From the NCBI GenBank assembly GCA_030596365.1, contig JAUVKG010000001.1, positions 1 through 44,600 on the forward strand: 44,600 bases of DNA. Direction: 5' to 3'. Below, in pieces: positions 16,671 to 26,132 of the stretch. This stretch comes from Chlamydiota bacterium. Lineage in GTDB: Bacteria > Auribacterota > UBA3054 > B51-G9. The notes beneath the pieces were generated by a model, which was not told the origin of the DNA, searched no databases, and saw only the letters and a list, made by a program, of their open reading frames with translations. Both the position numbers and the translations under genes were made by a program. Each line of letters opens with the position of its first letter. The stretch's first letter is position 1.

Positions 16671-17218
16671 ATTATCTCCTGATTTTTAAATTTATCCTCA
16701 TTCCATGTTGCAGGATTGTTAATTATATAATTTTCTATTCTAATGTAATCATTTTCATTTCGAATAATATGGTCCCAATATCGTAATTGCCACAAATGTT
16801 TTTCAAAACGTTGCCAATTTATATTTTTTACACCTCGAATATATTCGTTGGTTGTCATTGTTTTAAACCAATCCATAATATCAAATAATGATATTTTAAG
16901 AGGACGCCCACGTAGGGACGTCCCTACGTGGGCGTCCTCTTTATAATTATCCGATGTTTCAATAATACAATGGAAATGATTTGGCATTACAATATATTTG
17001 TGGCATTTCATCTTTATAAATTTATTTTCCAATTCATGATACCATTTTTCGATCATTTTCCCTGCATCATTCAATATCATTTTATCGTCAACGATTTTAC
17101 CAAACAAACATTTGTGGTTTTGTACACACGTGGTGATAAAATATAATCCCTCCAGTGAATAATCGTATCCTTTTAACCGGATTGAACAGCGGTGATGTTT
17201 TTCTGGATTGTATTTCAT
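16667..17218 (-). CDS. REP-associated tyrosine transposase-like protein (RayT / IS200-like Y1 HUH family, COG1943)
   Basis: The HUH motif MPNHFHCII is present. The C-terminal block LWQLRYWDHIIRNENDYIRIENYIINNPATW contains the catalytic-Tyr region typical of the family. The stop codon overlaps the thioredoxin start (ATGA). The ATG at 17218 lies 3 nt downstream of the queA stop at 17222. Confidence 0.8.
   Translation of the reverse strand: MKYNPEKHHRCSIRLKGYDYSLEGLYFITTCVQNHKCLFGKIVDDKMILNDAGKMIEKWYHELENKFIKMKCHKYIVMPNHFHCIIETSDNYKEDAHVGTSLRGRPLKISLFDIMDWFKTMTTNEYIRGVKNINWQRFEKHLWQLRYWDHIIRNENDYIRIENYIINNPATWNEDKFKNQEII
16898..16941. repeat. perfect 44-bp palindrome inside the RayT-like CDS
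   Basis: AAGAGGACGCCCACGTAGGGA-CG-TCCCTACGTGGGCGTCCTCTT. I verified by hand that each arm is the exact reverse complement of the other. It encodes EDAHVGTSLRGRPL. Confidence 0.95.
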
Positions 17219-17221
17219 TAT

Positions 17222-18274
17222 CTATTGAAGCAACATTGCATCGCCATAAGAATAAAATCTGTATTTATTTTTGATAGCTTCGGAATAAATTTTTTGCCAT
17301 TTATTTTCACTTGTGAACGCTGCAATAAGCATTAATAAAGTTGATTTGGGAAGATGAAAATTTGTTATAAGAGCATCAATTGAACGAATTTTATATGGAG
17401 GGTAAATGAAAATATCTGTTGCTTTTGATACCGGCTCAAATATCCCGCTATCACTAATACAAGACTCAAGAACACGAAGTGAAGTTGTTCCCACAGCGAT
17501 AATTCTTCTTCCTGACGTTTTAGCTTTATTAAGTTTGCCGGCGATTTTTTGAGTTAAAACAAATTCTTCGCTGTGCATTAAATGTTTTGTAATATCAGAA
17601 GATTTAACAGGTGCAAAAGTTCCTGGTCCAACATTAAGAGTAACCTGCAGAAACTCGCAACCCTTATTTTTTATTTTCTGAATTAATTCTTCCGTAAAAT
17701 GAAGTCCTGCAGTAGGTGCCGCAACGGCTTTACCTTCGGCTGCATAAACTGTTTGATAACGTTCTATATCTTCTTTTGAAGAAGGACAATGTGGTCTTTT
17801 AATATAAGGTGGCAATGGAATTGTTCCTGATAATTCAAGTAGTTTTTGAAAATCTTTTTCCGGACAATTGAACACAATTACACGTTCGCCATTGTTTTTT
17901 ATTTCGATAATTTCGGCAACAATTTTTCCAACAAGTAGTTTAACACCAACTTTACAGCTGCGTCCCGGTTTAACCATTGCCTGCCATTTCACGGGAGAGA
18001 TTTCTTTAGTAAGTAATATTTCTATTTCCGTGTCTGTATCGATGCGTTTTGCGAAAAGTCTTGCTGGAATAACTTTACAATTATTAACAACGAGGACATC
18101 AGTTTCTTTTAAAAAAGAAATAACATCACTAAAGCGTTTGTGTTGAATGTTTTCTGTTTCGCGGGAATAAACAAGCAATCGACTTTGATCTCTACATTTA
18201 ACAGGTTTCTGAGCTATGAGCTCATCCGGGAGATCATAGTTGTAGAAGTTGAGGTTTGATGTGGGAGATGGCAT
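17222..18274 (-). CDS. queA: S-adenosylmethionine:tRNA ribosyltransferase-isomerase
   Basis: The protein shows full-length QueA similarity: YDLPDELIAQKP, SRLLV, AAPTAGLHFT, GTTSLRVLES and FYSYGDAMLL. Confidence 0.95.
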   Translation of the reverse strand: MPSPTSNLNFYNYDLPDELIAQKPVKCRDQSRLLVYSRETENIQHKRFSDVISFLKETDVLVVNNCKVIPARLFAKRIDTDTEIEILLTKEISPVKWQAMVKPGRSCKVGVKLLVGKIVAEIIEIKNNGERVIVFNCPEKDFQKLLELSGTIPLPPYIKRPHCPSSKEDIERYQTVYAAEGKAVAAPTAGLHFTEELIQKIKNKGCEFLQVTLNVGPGTFAPVKSSDITKHLMHSEEFVLTQKIAGKLNKAKTSGRRIIAVGTTSLRVLESCISDSGIFEPVSKATDIFIYPPYKIRSIDALITNFHLPKSTLLMLIAAFTSENKWQKIYSEAIKNKYRFYSYGDAMLLQ

Positions 18275-18284
18275 GTATTCGCAG

Positions 18285-18312
18285 CTCGTAGTTCGTAGTT
18301 GGTAGTTCGTAG
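18285..18312. repeat. heptamer array TCGTAGT x4 (one variant) just upstream of the queA start
   Basis: The sequence reads CTCGTAGTTCGTAGTTGGTAGTTCGTAG. Confidence 0.85.
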
Positions 18313-18447
18313 AAATAAAGGTATTCGGTGTTCAATTCGATTTAAGAACAAGGAACATCGATTTTTGATATTCGATTTATTAACTTCTTAAATCTTAAAT
18401 CGTTAATCGGTGTTCGGTGTTCGCAAAGCATCCGGCGTATGCCGGGC

Positions 18448-18545
18448 AGGTGTCAGGTGTCAGGTGTCAGTATTCAGTATTCAGTATCTAGTATCTAGTA
18501 TCTAGAATTAACTAATAACTATTAACTATTAACTATTAACTATTT
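18448..18545. repeat. compound heptamer array: GGTGTCA x3, GTATTCA x2, GTATCTA x3, CTATTAA-type x5-6
   Basis: The arrays are contiguous and read directly from the sequence. They end 3 nt from the SpoIID-like stop codon (18548-18550). Confidence 0.95.
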
Positions 18546-18547
18546 TT

Positions 18548-19756
18548 TCATCTTTGAATTTCAGCGCCCGGATAAAAATGTTTAAGTATTTGTTCGTAAT
18601 CAAAGCCTTTTTCTGCCATAACTTCTGAACACCACTGGCACATGCCGACAGCGTGACCCCATCCCCTGCCTACGAACTGTAATCTTCCTTTTTTGATTCT
18701 AACTTTGAAGAGGGTTGATCTGATATTATTATATCCGAGAATTCTTCTGCATTCTTCTCCGGTAAGAACGACAGATTTTGATTTTGACGAAAATTTAATT
18801 TTTGCAGCTCTGCCGCTTTTAAAGCGTTCGATTATTTTAACTTTCAGAATTCTTCCTGTTAAAGGTTTTCCTGCTTTATTAAGTTTTTGGGAACAATTTT
18901 CAAGAGCAACGGAATAATTCCAGGCATAATTTTTTGTTCCTTTGCAGTAAGGTGAAGTAACAGCGGGTGGATACTCTTTAATAGTGGAAAATATATTTTT
19001 CGCCTCTTCAGTTTTTCCACCACAACAAGTATAAAAGAAAGTACATAAAACTTTTCCGTTATATGTTAATATTTCGCCTTGAGTATCAAGAACAGCTTTA
19101 GTAGTAGAAAGAGCTTCGCCCGTAACGCCGCCATAAAGTTGATGAATTGGTGAAATAATATCGTAATTTTCATAGTTGCTGTTTTGCATGTGCGACACGG
19201 CATAAGTTCTTGCAGCAACAGCCTGAGTTTTTAAAGCTGCTTGAGGCCATGCCGGAAAAGTTTCCCTTGGAACAACACCCATGATATACTCATCGAGAGG
19301 GAGAGTATTAACAACGGTCAAAAAGTTTTTGCCGTCTGCTATTATGTCAATCCTACCGCGATAAACGATATTTTCTTTGAATTTATCCTGGACTCTAATG
19401 CTTTGCGGCATATCTGATAGAACAATAATATGCGAGCTTTTAGTATTATAACCATTTATAAAAACATTTCCGTTTTGCACACTAAAGACGGCTTTTTTTA
19501 TAGAGCTAAAACGCTGTATCCGCTTATGATGCACTTTATCATAAAAAGTTCCGGGACCAATGACACTAACGACTGCAGTTGGTTTTGACACCATAATTGC
19601 CACTCTGATTATCTTTGCGGAAGATGAAGGTCTGAGAACATCATTAATCGGACGTGGCAAAGCAGAGCGGAATGTTGTACATCCTGAAATAAAAAAAGCA
19701 AAGGTCAGGAAGAAGAAGATTCTAAAATAATTTAATATTTTTTGTTTTTCGTACAT
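18548..19756 (-). CDS. SpoIID/LytB domain protein (amidase enhancer-like)
   Basis: The motifs AALKTQAVAARTYA, FFYTCCGGKTEEA and GRGWGHAVGMCQWCS are present. Confidence 0.85.
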   Translation of the reverse strand: MYEKQKILNYFRIFFFLTFAFFISGCTTFRSALPRPINDVLRPSSSAKIIRVAIMVSKPTAVVSVIGPGTFYDKVHHKRIQRFSSIKKAVFSVQNGNVFINGYNTKSSHIIVLSDMPQSIRVQDKFKENIVYRGRIDIIADGKNFLTVVNTLPLDEYIMGVVPRETFPAWPQAALKTQAVAARTYAVSHMQNSNYENYDIISPIHQLYGGVTGEALSTTKAVLDTQGEILTYNGKVLCTFFYTCCGGKTEEAKNIFSTIKEYPPAVTSPYCKGTKNYAWNYSVALENCSQKLNKAGKPLTGRILKVKIIERFKSGRAAKIKFSSKSKSVVLTGEECRRILGYNNIRSTLFKVRIKKGRLQFVGRGWGHAVGMCQWCSEVMAEKGFDYEQILKHFYPGAEIQR

Positions 19757-19757
19757 A

Positions 19758-20765
19758 TTATTTAATCATTCTAACGCGTTTGACTGGAAGGTAGATACAC
19801 CATGCCCGTCCTTTAATAAGTTTAAGCGGAGCAAATCCCCAATATCTACTATCAGCAGAAGCCGCGCTATTATCTCCGAGCATAAAATAAGAATTTTGCG
19901 GAACAACGATTTCGGAAACGATTGTGTCTGTAAGCGGATTAAAACCTGCGGATTTATTTTCGACTTGTTTTTCGACAACGCGGTATGGTTTTCCGTTAAT
20001 CAGGATCGAATCTTTAATTTTATCGAGGTGGTAGCGTTCCACAATCGACATAATTTGCGGAAAGTAATTTTTTAAATCTTTTCCGAGCAATCCTCCTCCG
20101 CGATTTACAGCTGAAACAAGAAAAGAAGATAATCCGACTGCTGCTCCTTTTTTAATAGAAAACAGTTCATTTCTAATATGAGAGTTTGTTTTTACCGCTT
20201 CAATCAGCTGTTTATCAATAATAGAGTCGACAGCAGTTTTTACGGTAACGAATCTGTCGCAAAGCATACCTGCATTAGTATAATAAACATAATTAGCTGT
20301 AGCAGGAGAGTTAGTAACGATTTTATCATTAACAAAGAGTTTACCTTCTTTAATTTTGATGTGATCGCCTGGAGTTCCCGCGCATCGTTTTATATAATCA
20401 ATACGCTCGTCAGTTGGATTTTCGAATACAACCACATCTCCTACTTCCGGCAGTCTCATACCCGGAATCATAATTCTATAATCCGGAAGCGGAACATGCC
20501 AATTTAAGAAAGGAATTTTTATTTTACTGCTGAAGCCATAAGCGCATCTAAGCACGAGCAAGTGATCGCCAAATCCATTTCCCATTTCATTTGCGCCATA
20601 CAAAGTTGGTTCCATCGACCCTGTAGGGATTTTGAACAATTCAATTGTATTAGATTTAAGGAAAAAGAAAAAGGCAAGTAGAAGCACAAGGCCTAAAGTT
20701 TCTTTAAGAACAGCGAGCCATTTAGGTTGTTTATTTTTTTTTTGTTTTGATTTATCTTTATTCAT
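19758..20765 (-). CDS. lepB: signal peptidase I
   Basis: An N-terminal TM segment is followed by the GSMEPTL Ser box, the YIKRCAG Lys box and GDNSAASADSRYWGF. A long insertion sits between boxes D and E. Confidence 0.85.
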   Translation of the reverse strand: MNKDKSKQKKNKQPKWLAVLKETLGLVLLLAFFFFLKSNTIELFKIPTGSMEPTLYGANEMGNGFGDHLLVLRCAYGFSSKIKIPFLNWHVPLPDYRIMIPGMRLPEVGDVVVFENPTDERIDYIKRCAGTPGDHIKIKEGKLFVNDKIVTNSPATANYVYYTNAGMLCDRFVTVKTAVDSIIDKQLIEAVKTNSHIRNELFSIKKGAAVGLSSFLVSAVNRGGGLLGKDLKNYFPQIMSIVERYHLDKIKDSILINGKPYRVVEKQVENKSAGFNPLTDTIVSEIVVPQNSYFMLGDNSAASADSRYWGFAPLKLIKGRAWCIYLPVKRVRMIK

Positions 20766-20954
20766 ATTTTAAAAGACTATTTAATCGTTTCTGTTTTTTG
20801 TTTAGATTTTCATATAAAGTTTCCGGAGTATTATACACTATCTATATTTTTTCTACAAGATAATTTTTAACGTTTTCTAAACCCGTTTGGAAAAAAATAT
20901 ATATTATATTTTTTTACTAACAACCCAAAGCAAGGATGCTTTGGTTACTATAAA

Positions 20955-22838
20955 TTATTTTAGTGAACAGGCATTCCATTTTTGCAGGCCGCATTGAACA
21001 CACTTTCCGTTAAAACATGATGGAGTTTCTTCCATTTCAATTGCTTTATTTCGTTCTTTAAGCATGAATTCTTTTGACACGCCGTAATCAAGAACATCCC
21101 ATGGAAGAAGAGATTCCGGTTGTATTTCCTTAAGATAATCATCAGGATTAATTCCTGCATCAGCGAAAGCCTGTTCCCATTTATCAACATCGAGTTGTTC
21201 AGTCCATTGGTCGAAACGGCATCCTGCTTTGAAGGCATATTCAGCTACATCGGCGAGTTTTCTATCCCCGCGAGCGAAAACAGCTTCAAGTTTGCTGAGT
21301 TGAAATTTATGGAAGGAAATTTTAACGCGTCTTTTTGGAAGATATTTATAAATATAATTTCTTTTTTCAATCAAATCATTAATTGAAGAAAAATCTGCCC
21401 ATTGGAAAGGTGTAAAAGATTTTGGAATAAATGCTGCTATGGAAACGTTAATTTGGAGAGATGAATTTTTCCCATTCTTTTTAAGCGCGATGAGTTGCTG
21501 TACAAGTTGTACCATTTCTTTAATATCATCAAAAGTTTCCGTAGGAAGTCCTATCATAAAATAAGCTTTAACCCTTGACCAGCCGAGATCAATAATTGAC
21601 TGAATTGTATTAATAATTTCCTGGTTTGAGAGTTGTTTATTAATAACACGGCGTAATCGCTCGCTTCCGGCTTCCGGTGCAAAAGTAAAGCTGGTTTTTC
21701 TAACTTTTTCCGATGTATCGGCAAGAACAGCAGCATAAGAATCAATGCGAAGCGAAGGCAAAGCAACAGCAACCGGAGCGTCAGGAAAAAGGTTTTTATT
21801 TCTCAGAGTTTTAAGAACATCAGCGATATTCGAGTAATCACCTGACGAGAGGGAAGTTAAACTTATTTCATCATATCCGGTATTTTTAATAATAGAGGAT
21901 GCTTCTTCAATAACTTTATCAGCAGTTTTCTCACGAAGCGGCCGTGTCACCATTCCTGCCTGACAAAATCTACATCCGCGAACACAGCCGCGCATAATTT
22001 CGATTTGTGCTCTATCGTGAATTGCTTCGCAATAAGGGATGATTGCAACATCTGCGACGGGGATATTGGAAATATTTTCCGCGAATTGTTTTGGTACAGG
22101 AAAAGGAAGATCATCACAAGAAGGTTTTACCGCACATATTCTTTGTGCCGGGTCATTGGATTTAATAGTTTCGTACAAAGCCGGCGCGTAAATTCCCGGT
22201 ACTTTTTTTGCAAGATCAGCAAGCAATTTTTTATCAGGAACGAAAGAATTATCATTAATTTTTTCTATAGCCCATTCAGCAATTTTTTTTATCGTTTCTT
22301 CACCGTCTCCGAGGGCAAAAGCATCTATAAAAGGTTCCAAAGGCCCTGGTGAATAAACATTACCTCCCGCGATAACAAGGGGATATTTTTTGCTCCAACG
22401 ATTTTCCGAGCGAATTGGAATACCTGCCAGGTCAAGAATTGCTAATATATTAGTATAAGAAAGTTCATATTGAATTGAGAATCCGATTATATCGAATTCA
22501 GCGAGAGGTTTTGAAGATTCAAGAGAGCAGAGGGGGATATTTTTTTCACGGAGAATTTTTTCTGCGTCGATCCATGGAGAATAGCATCTTTCAGCAATGA
22601 CACCTGGAATTTTATTAAGAATAGAATAAAGGATTTTAAGACCAAGATGACTAATACCGATTTCATAAGCATCAGGAAATATCAGTACAACACGCAACAC
22701 AGCATCATCCCAGTTTTTATGGGAGCTGTTAATTTCGTGATTTATATATCTTGAAGGCCGTTCAACGAATGGCAGGATTTGTTCTTCGATAATATTTGAC
22801 CAGTCAACTTCGTTTTTTTTCCTTTTCTTTATATTCAT
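20955..22838 (-). CDS. B12-binding-domain radical SAM protein (TIGR03960-like)
   Basis: The radical SAM motif EIMRGCVRGCRFCQAG and the N-terminal block PSRYINHEIN are present. I prefer the start at 22838 (MNIKKRKK). The track start at 22898 would overlap the upstream gene by 95 nt. Confidence 0.8.
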   Translation of the reverse strand: MNIKKRKKNEVDWSNIIEEQILPFVERPSRYINHEINSSHKNWDDAVLRVVLIFPDAYEIGISHLGLKILYSILNKIPGVIAERCYSPWIDAEKILREKNIPLCSLESSKPLAEFDIIGFSIQYELSYTNILAILDLAGIPIRSENRWSKKYPLVIAGGNVYSPGPLEPFIDAFALGDGEETIKKIAEWAIEKINDNSFVPDKKLLADLAKKVPGIYAPALYETIKSNDPAQRICAVKPSCDDLPFPVPKQFAENISNIPVADVAIIPYCEAIHDRAQIEIMRGCVRGCRFCQAGMVTRPLREKTADKVIEEASSIIKNTGYDEISLTSLSSGDYSNIADVLKTLRNKNLFPDAPVAVALPSLRIDSYAAVLADTSEKVRKTSFTFAPEAGSERLRRVINKQLSNQEIINTIQSIIDLGWSRVKAYFMIGLPTETFDDIKEMVQLVQQLIALKKNGKNSSLQINVSIAAFIPKSFTPFQWADFSSINDLIEKRNYIYKYLPKRRVKISFHKFQLSKLEAVFARGDRKLADVAEYAFKAGCRFDQWTEQLDVDKWEQAFADAGINPDDYLKEIQPESLLPWDVLDYGVSKEFMLKERNKAIEMEETPSCFNGKCVQCGLQKWNACSLK

Positions 22839-23922
22839 GTTGCTTTTTTTCTTCTGAAATGGAGGCGAAGTTTTTATCTTCATTAACAATATCCGCAAAG
22901 AATATTCTTCCTGATGCTCCCTGAAGCATAGATGTCAGTTCTACTTCGGCACGTTTACCAATAAAAGATCTTGCATTTGTAATGACGACCATAGTTCCGT
23001 CATTAAGAAAGCCAACGCCCTGATTTATTTCCGAGCCTTCTTTAACAATATTAACGGTCATTTTTTCCCCTGGAACAAAAGGCGTTTTAAGGGCATTAAC
23101 GAGGCCGAAGACATTTATGCACGGGATATGTTGAATACGCGCCACCTGTTGAAGATTATAATCAGTAGTCAGAATGGTAACGTCGATTTCTTTTGCAAGT
23201 TTCATAAGTTTATCATCGACTTCTTCAATATCATGATAATCGATATTAGTAACTTCCACAGTAATATTAGGCGCTTCCTGGAGTTTTTTCAATGTTTCAA
23301 GCCCCCGCCTTCCTTTTGATCTTGTAAACGGCACTTGAGAATCAGAAACGATCTGCAATTCGTGCAAAACGAATTCCGGAACAATGATTTTATTTTTCAT
23401 AAATCCGGTTTTATAGATCTCAACGATTCTACCGTCTATAATAGCGCTTGTATCTAAAACAACCGGTCGCATAGATTTATCACGGTTGCGTTTATAATAA
23501 GGGATAAAGATACTAAATTCATCTTTACCCCGAATAGCGACAACAATCCCAATATAAACAAAAAGAATATAAAGGGCAAAAGTTCCGGCGGAAAAGAAAG
23601 CATGATGAGCAAAAATATAATTCGTAATATATAACGGCAACAAGAAAGCAAGCTTAGTAATCAGCCAGGCAATAATTGCGCCCGAGGCAAGTCCTACAAT
23701 AATAACTGCGAGATGACGAAGAGACAATCTCCTTAAAAATAGTTCTGTAAGAATCGCGATAATAGCTAGCAATAATCCTGCCAGGGCGCCAAAGAGAACA
23801 ATAATTGGCGTTGTTGTTTCCGGGAAGAGATTAGCATTTGTATCAAATTTAAGCATAGCGGCGATCAGCGCACCTGTAATGGTACAGCCAATAAGCATAA
23901 GACTTCTAAGCACAACAAACAT
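22804..23922 (-). CDS. PIN/TRAM domain membrane protein (YacL-like)
   Basis: Four N-terminal TM helices are followed by a PIN domain (VVLDTSAIIDGRI ... ILTTDYNL) and a C-terminal TRAM-like beta domain. Confidence 0.75.
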   Translation of the reverse strand: MFVVLRSLMLIGCTITGALIAAMLKFDTNANLFPETTTPIIVLFGALAGLLLAIIAILTELFLRRLSLRHLAVIIVGLASGAIIAWLITKLAFLLPLYITNYIFAHHAFFSAGTFALYILFVYIGIVVAIRGKDEFSIFIPYYKRNRDKSMRPVVLDTSAIIDGRIVEIYKTGFMKNKIIVPEFVLHELQIVSDSQVPFTRSKGRRGLETLKKLQEAPNITVEVTNIDYHDIEEVDDKLMKLAKEIDVTILTTDYNLQQVARIQHIPCINVFGLVNALKTPFVPGEKMTVNIVKEGSEINQGVGFLNDGTMVVITNARSFIGKRAEVELTSMLQGASGRIFFADIVNEDKNFASISEEKKQHEYKEKEKKRS

Positions 23923-23933
23923 AATAAAACTCC

Positions 23934-25472
23934 TTATTCGCCTCGTATAGAAAGTAAAAATTCTGCGTTACTCTTTCTTTTTTTCATTTGCTCAATAATT
24001 GTTTCCATTTTTTCGGTTGGATTCATACCGCTAAGAGCTTTTCTTAGAAGCCATACTTTCGAAAGTTCTTCAGGGTGGAGCAGAAGTTCTTCGCGTCTTG
24101 TTCCTGAGCGCTCGATATCAATAGCCGGGAACACGCGTTTATCACTAAGTTTTCTATCGAGGTGGCACTCCATATTACCTGTTCCTTTAAATTCTTCAAA
24201 AATAATATCATCCATTTTGCTTCCGGTATCAATTAGAGCAGTTGCAATAATTGTAAGACTTCCGCCCTCTTCACAGTTTCTTGCCGAGCCGAAGAAACGT
24301 TTAGGTTTATGAAGTGCATTTGCATCAAGGCCGCCGGTAAGGATTTTTCCGCTTACAGGCTGAACGGTATTATAAGCTCTGGCAAGACGAGTAATACTAT
24401 CAAGAAGAATAACCACGTCACGTTTATGTTCAACAAGCCGCTTCGCTTTTGCGATAACCATTTCAGCAACCTGGATATGCCGCTCCGGTGGTTCATCAAA
24501 AGTAGAACTTATAACTTCACCTTTAACATTACGCTGCATATCAGTAACTTCCTCCGGTCGTTCGTCTATAAGGAGTACAATAAGAGCAGCTTCCGGAGCG
24601 TTTTTAGTTATTGCGTTAGCGACGTCCTGCATAATGATAGTTTTACCGGTACGTGGCTGAGCAACAATCAGTCCGCGTTGTCCTTTACCGATAGGAGTCA
24701 TTAAATCCATAACACGTGTTGTGATTTTGTTGGAGTCATTTTCAAGAACATAACGTTTCTCGGGATATAAAGGAGTGAGATTTTCAAATAAGATTTTATT
24801 TTTATTTTCGTCCGGAACATCGTTATTAACAGTTTCTACTTTCAAAAGAGCAACGTATTTTTCTTTATCTTTTGGCGGTCTGAATACACCTGCGATAGTA
24901 TCTCCTGTTTTTAACTCAAAGCGTCTAATTTGAGATGGTGAAACATAAATATCTTCCGGGCAAGGCAGATAATTATAATGAGGCATTCTAAGGAAGCCGA
25001 ATCCATCCGGTAGGACTTCAAGAACGCCTTCTCCGAAAATATAACCGACTTTTTTAGTTTGTGCCTTAAGAATTTCAAATATAAGATGATGACGTTTAAG
25101 ATTTCCTATATTAGGTATTTGCAAATCTCTGGCAATTTCTGACAGATCCGTCATTGTTTTTTTCTGCAATTCAATTATATTAAGTGCATTTTCACGAGCA
25201 AAAACGATAGCTGAATCTTCTCCTGCATTATTTTTCGCCGGTTTTATTTTATCATCAGTTTTTTCTTCTGTTTTGACCGAAGTTGTTTCTTCGATTACAG
25301 GCAACTCCTGCTGCACGGCATTATTATCAGCTGTTTGTTCAGTTGATTGAATATTGACAGTTGCATCAGCGTTTTCAATTTCGACTGATTTAGTTATTTT
25401 CTTAGCAGTTTTTTTTGCAACTTTTTTTGTTATTTTTTTTGCTGTTTTTTTTGTCGTCCTTTTTGTAGCCAC
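23934..25472 (-). CDS. rho: transcription termination factor Rho, with a Lys-rich N-terminal extension
   Basis: The RNA-binding domain is present ([16 protein letters not shown]). The Walker A context is [13 protein letters not shown], and RLARAYN and the C-terminal SGTRREELL are also present. The N-terminus has about 100 aa of [10 protein letters not shown] repeats followed by an acidic stretch. Confidence 0.95.
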   Translation of the reverse strand: MATKRTTKKTAKKITKKVAKKTAKKITKSVEIENADATVNIQSTEQTADNNAVQQELPVIEETTSVKTEEKTDDKIKPAKNNAGEDSAIVFARENALNIIELQKKTMTDLSEIARDLQIPNIGNLKRHHLIFEILKAQTKKVGYIFGEGVLEVLPDGFGFLRMPHYNYLPCPEDIYVSPSQIRRFELKTGDTIAGVFRPPKDKEKYVALLKVETVNNDVPDENKNKILFENLTPLYPEKRYVLENDSNKITTRVMDLMTPIGKGQRGLIVAQPRTGKTIIMQDVANAITKNAPEAALIVLLIDERPEEVTDMQRNVKGEVISSTFDEPPERHIQVAEMVIAKAKRLVEHKRDVVILLDSITRLARAYNTVQPVSGKILTGGLDANALHKPKRFFGSARNCEEGGSLTIIATALIDTGSKMDDIIFEEFKGTGNMECHLDRKLSDKRVFPAIDIERSGTRREELLLHPEELSKVWLLRKALSGMNPTEKMETIIEQMKKRKSNAEFLLSIRGE

Positions 25473-25499
25473 AATTGTACCTTTTTCGTTTATGTTTAA

Positions 25500-26132
25500 T
25501 TAATATCTTTTTTCTATTATTTTAAGAACTGAATAAAAGTTATTCCTAAATTCTTCAATAGATTTGTTATTTTCTACAGTATAATCTGCCTGTTCAATTC
25601 TTTCTTCTTCGCTCATCTGGTTCTCAATTCTTGATGATATTTGTTCATCAGTCCATTTCCTATATTTTTTAAGACGATTTATTCTTGTTTCCTGCCTGGA
25701 AGCAATAACAACAACAACATCTACATTTTTGCTTAAGTTACTTTCCAGGAGTAAAGGAACAATAAGAACAGCAAGAGGAACTTTATTATCGCGTTGTTTT
25801 TTAATCCATTCCGCAGCTTTCTGTTTAACGATCGGATGAATTAATTGTTCAAGAAATTTGATGGTTTTTATGTTTTTAAAGGCAATTGATGCAATTAGTT
25901 TTCTGTCTGGTTCACCTGAATCAAGTAATGGGTTTACATTATAAAATCGATTAAAATAGCTGATAATTTCTTGAATTACAGTATTGTTGTATTTTAAGAT
26001 TTCATGAGCCCATCTATCAGCATCGGCAGTAACAATTCCTTTATTTTCACAAAAAGATTCCGCGGTAGATTTTCCGGCGCCAATTCCGCCTGTTAAACCG
26101 ATAATAGTGGTCGGCGAGGAGTTATTCATCAA
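25500..26132 (-). CDS. coaE: dephospho-CoA kinase
   Basis: The P-loop motif IGLTGGIGAGKST is present, and the overall length and layout fit CoaE. Confidence 0.9.
   Translation of the reverse strand: MMNNSSPTTIIGLTGGIGAGKSTAESFCENKGIVTADADRWAHEILKYNNTVIQEIISYFNRFYNVNPLLDSGEPDRKLIASIAFKNIKTIKFLEQLIHPIVKQKAAEWIKKQRDNKVPLAVLIVPLLLESNLSKNVDVVVVIASRQETRINRLKKYRKWTDEQISSRIENQMSEEERIEQADYTVENNKSIEEFRNNFYSVLKIIEKRY

Noticed and set aside
22839-22898. The longer start of the radical SAM gene at 22898.
   Set aside because: It would overlap the PIN/TRAM gene by 95 nt and add a non-conserved MRILLMKIKTSPPFQKKKSN peptide. I prefer the ATG at 22838, although that start still overlaps by 35 nt, so the true start is uncertain.
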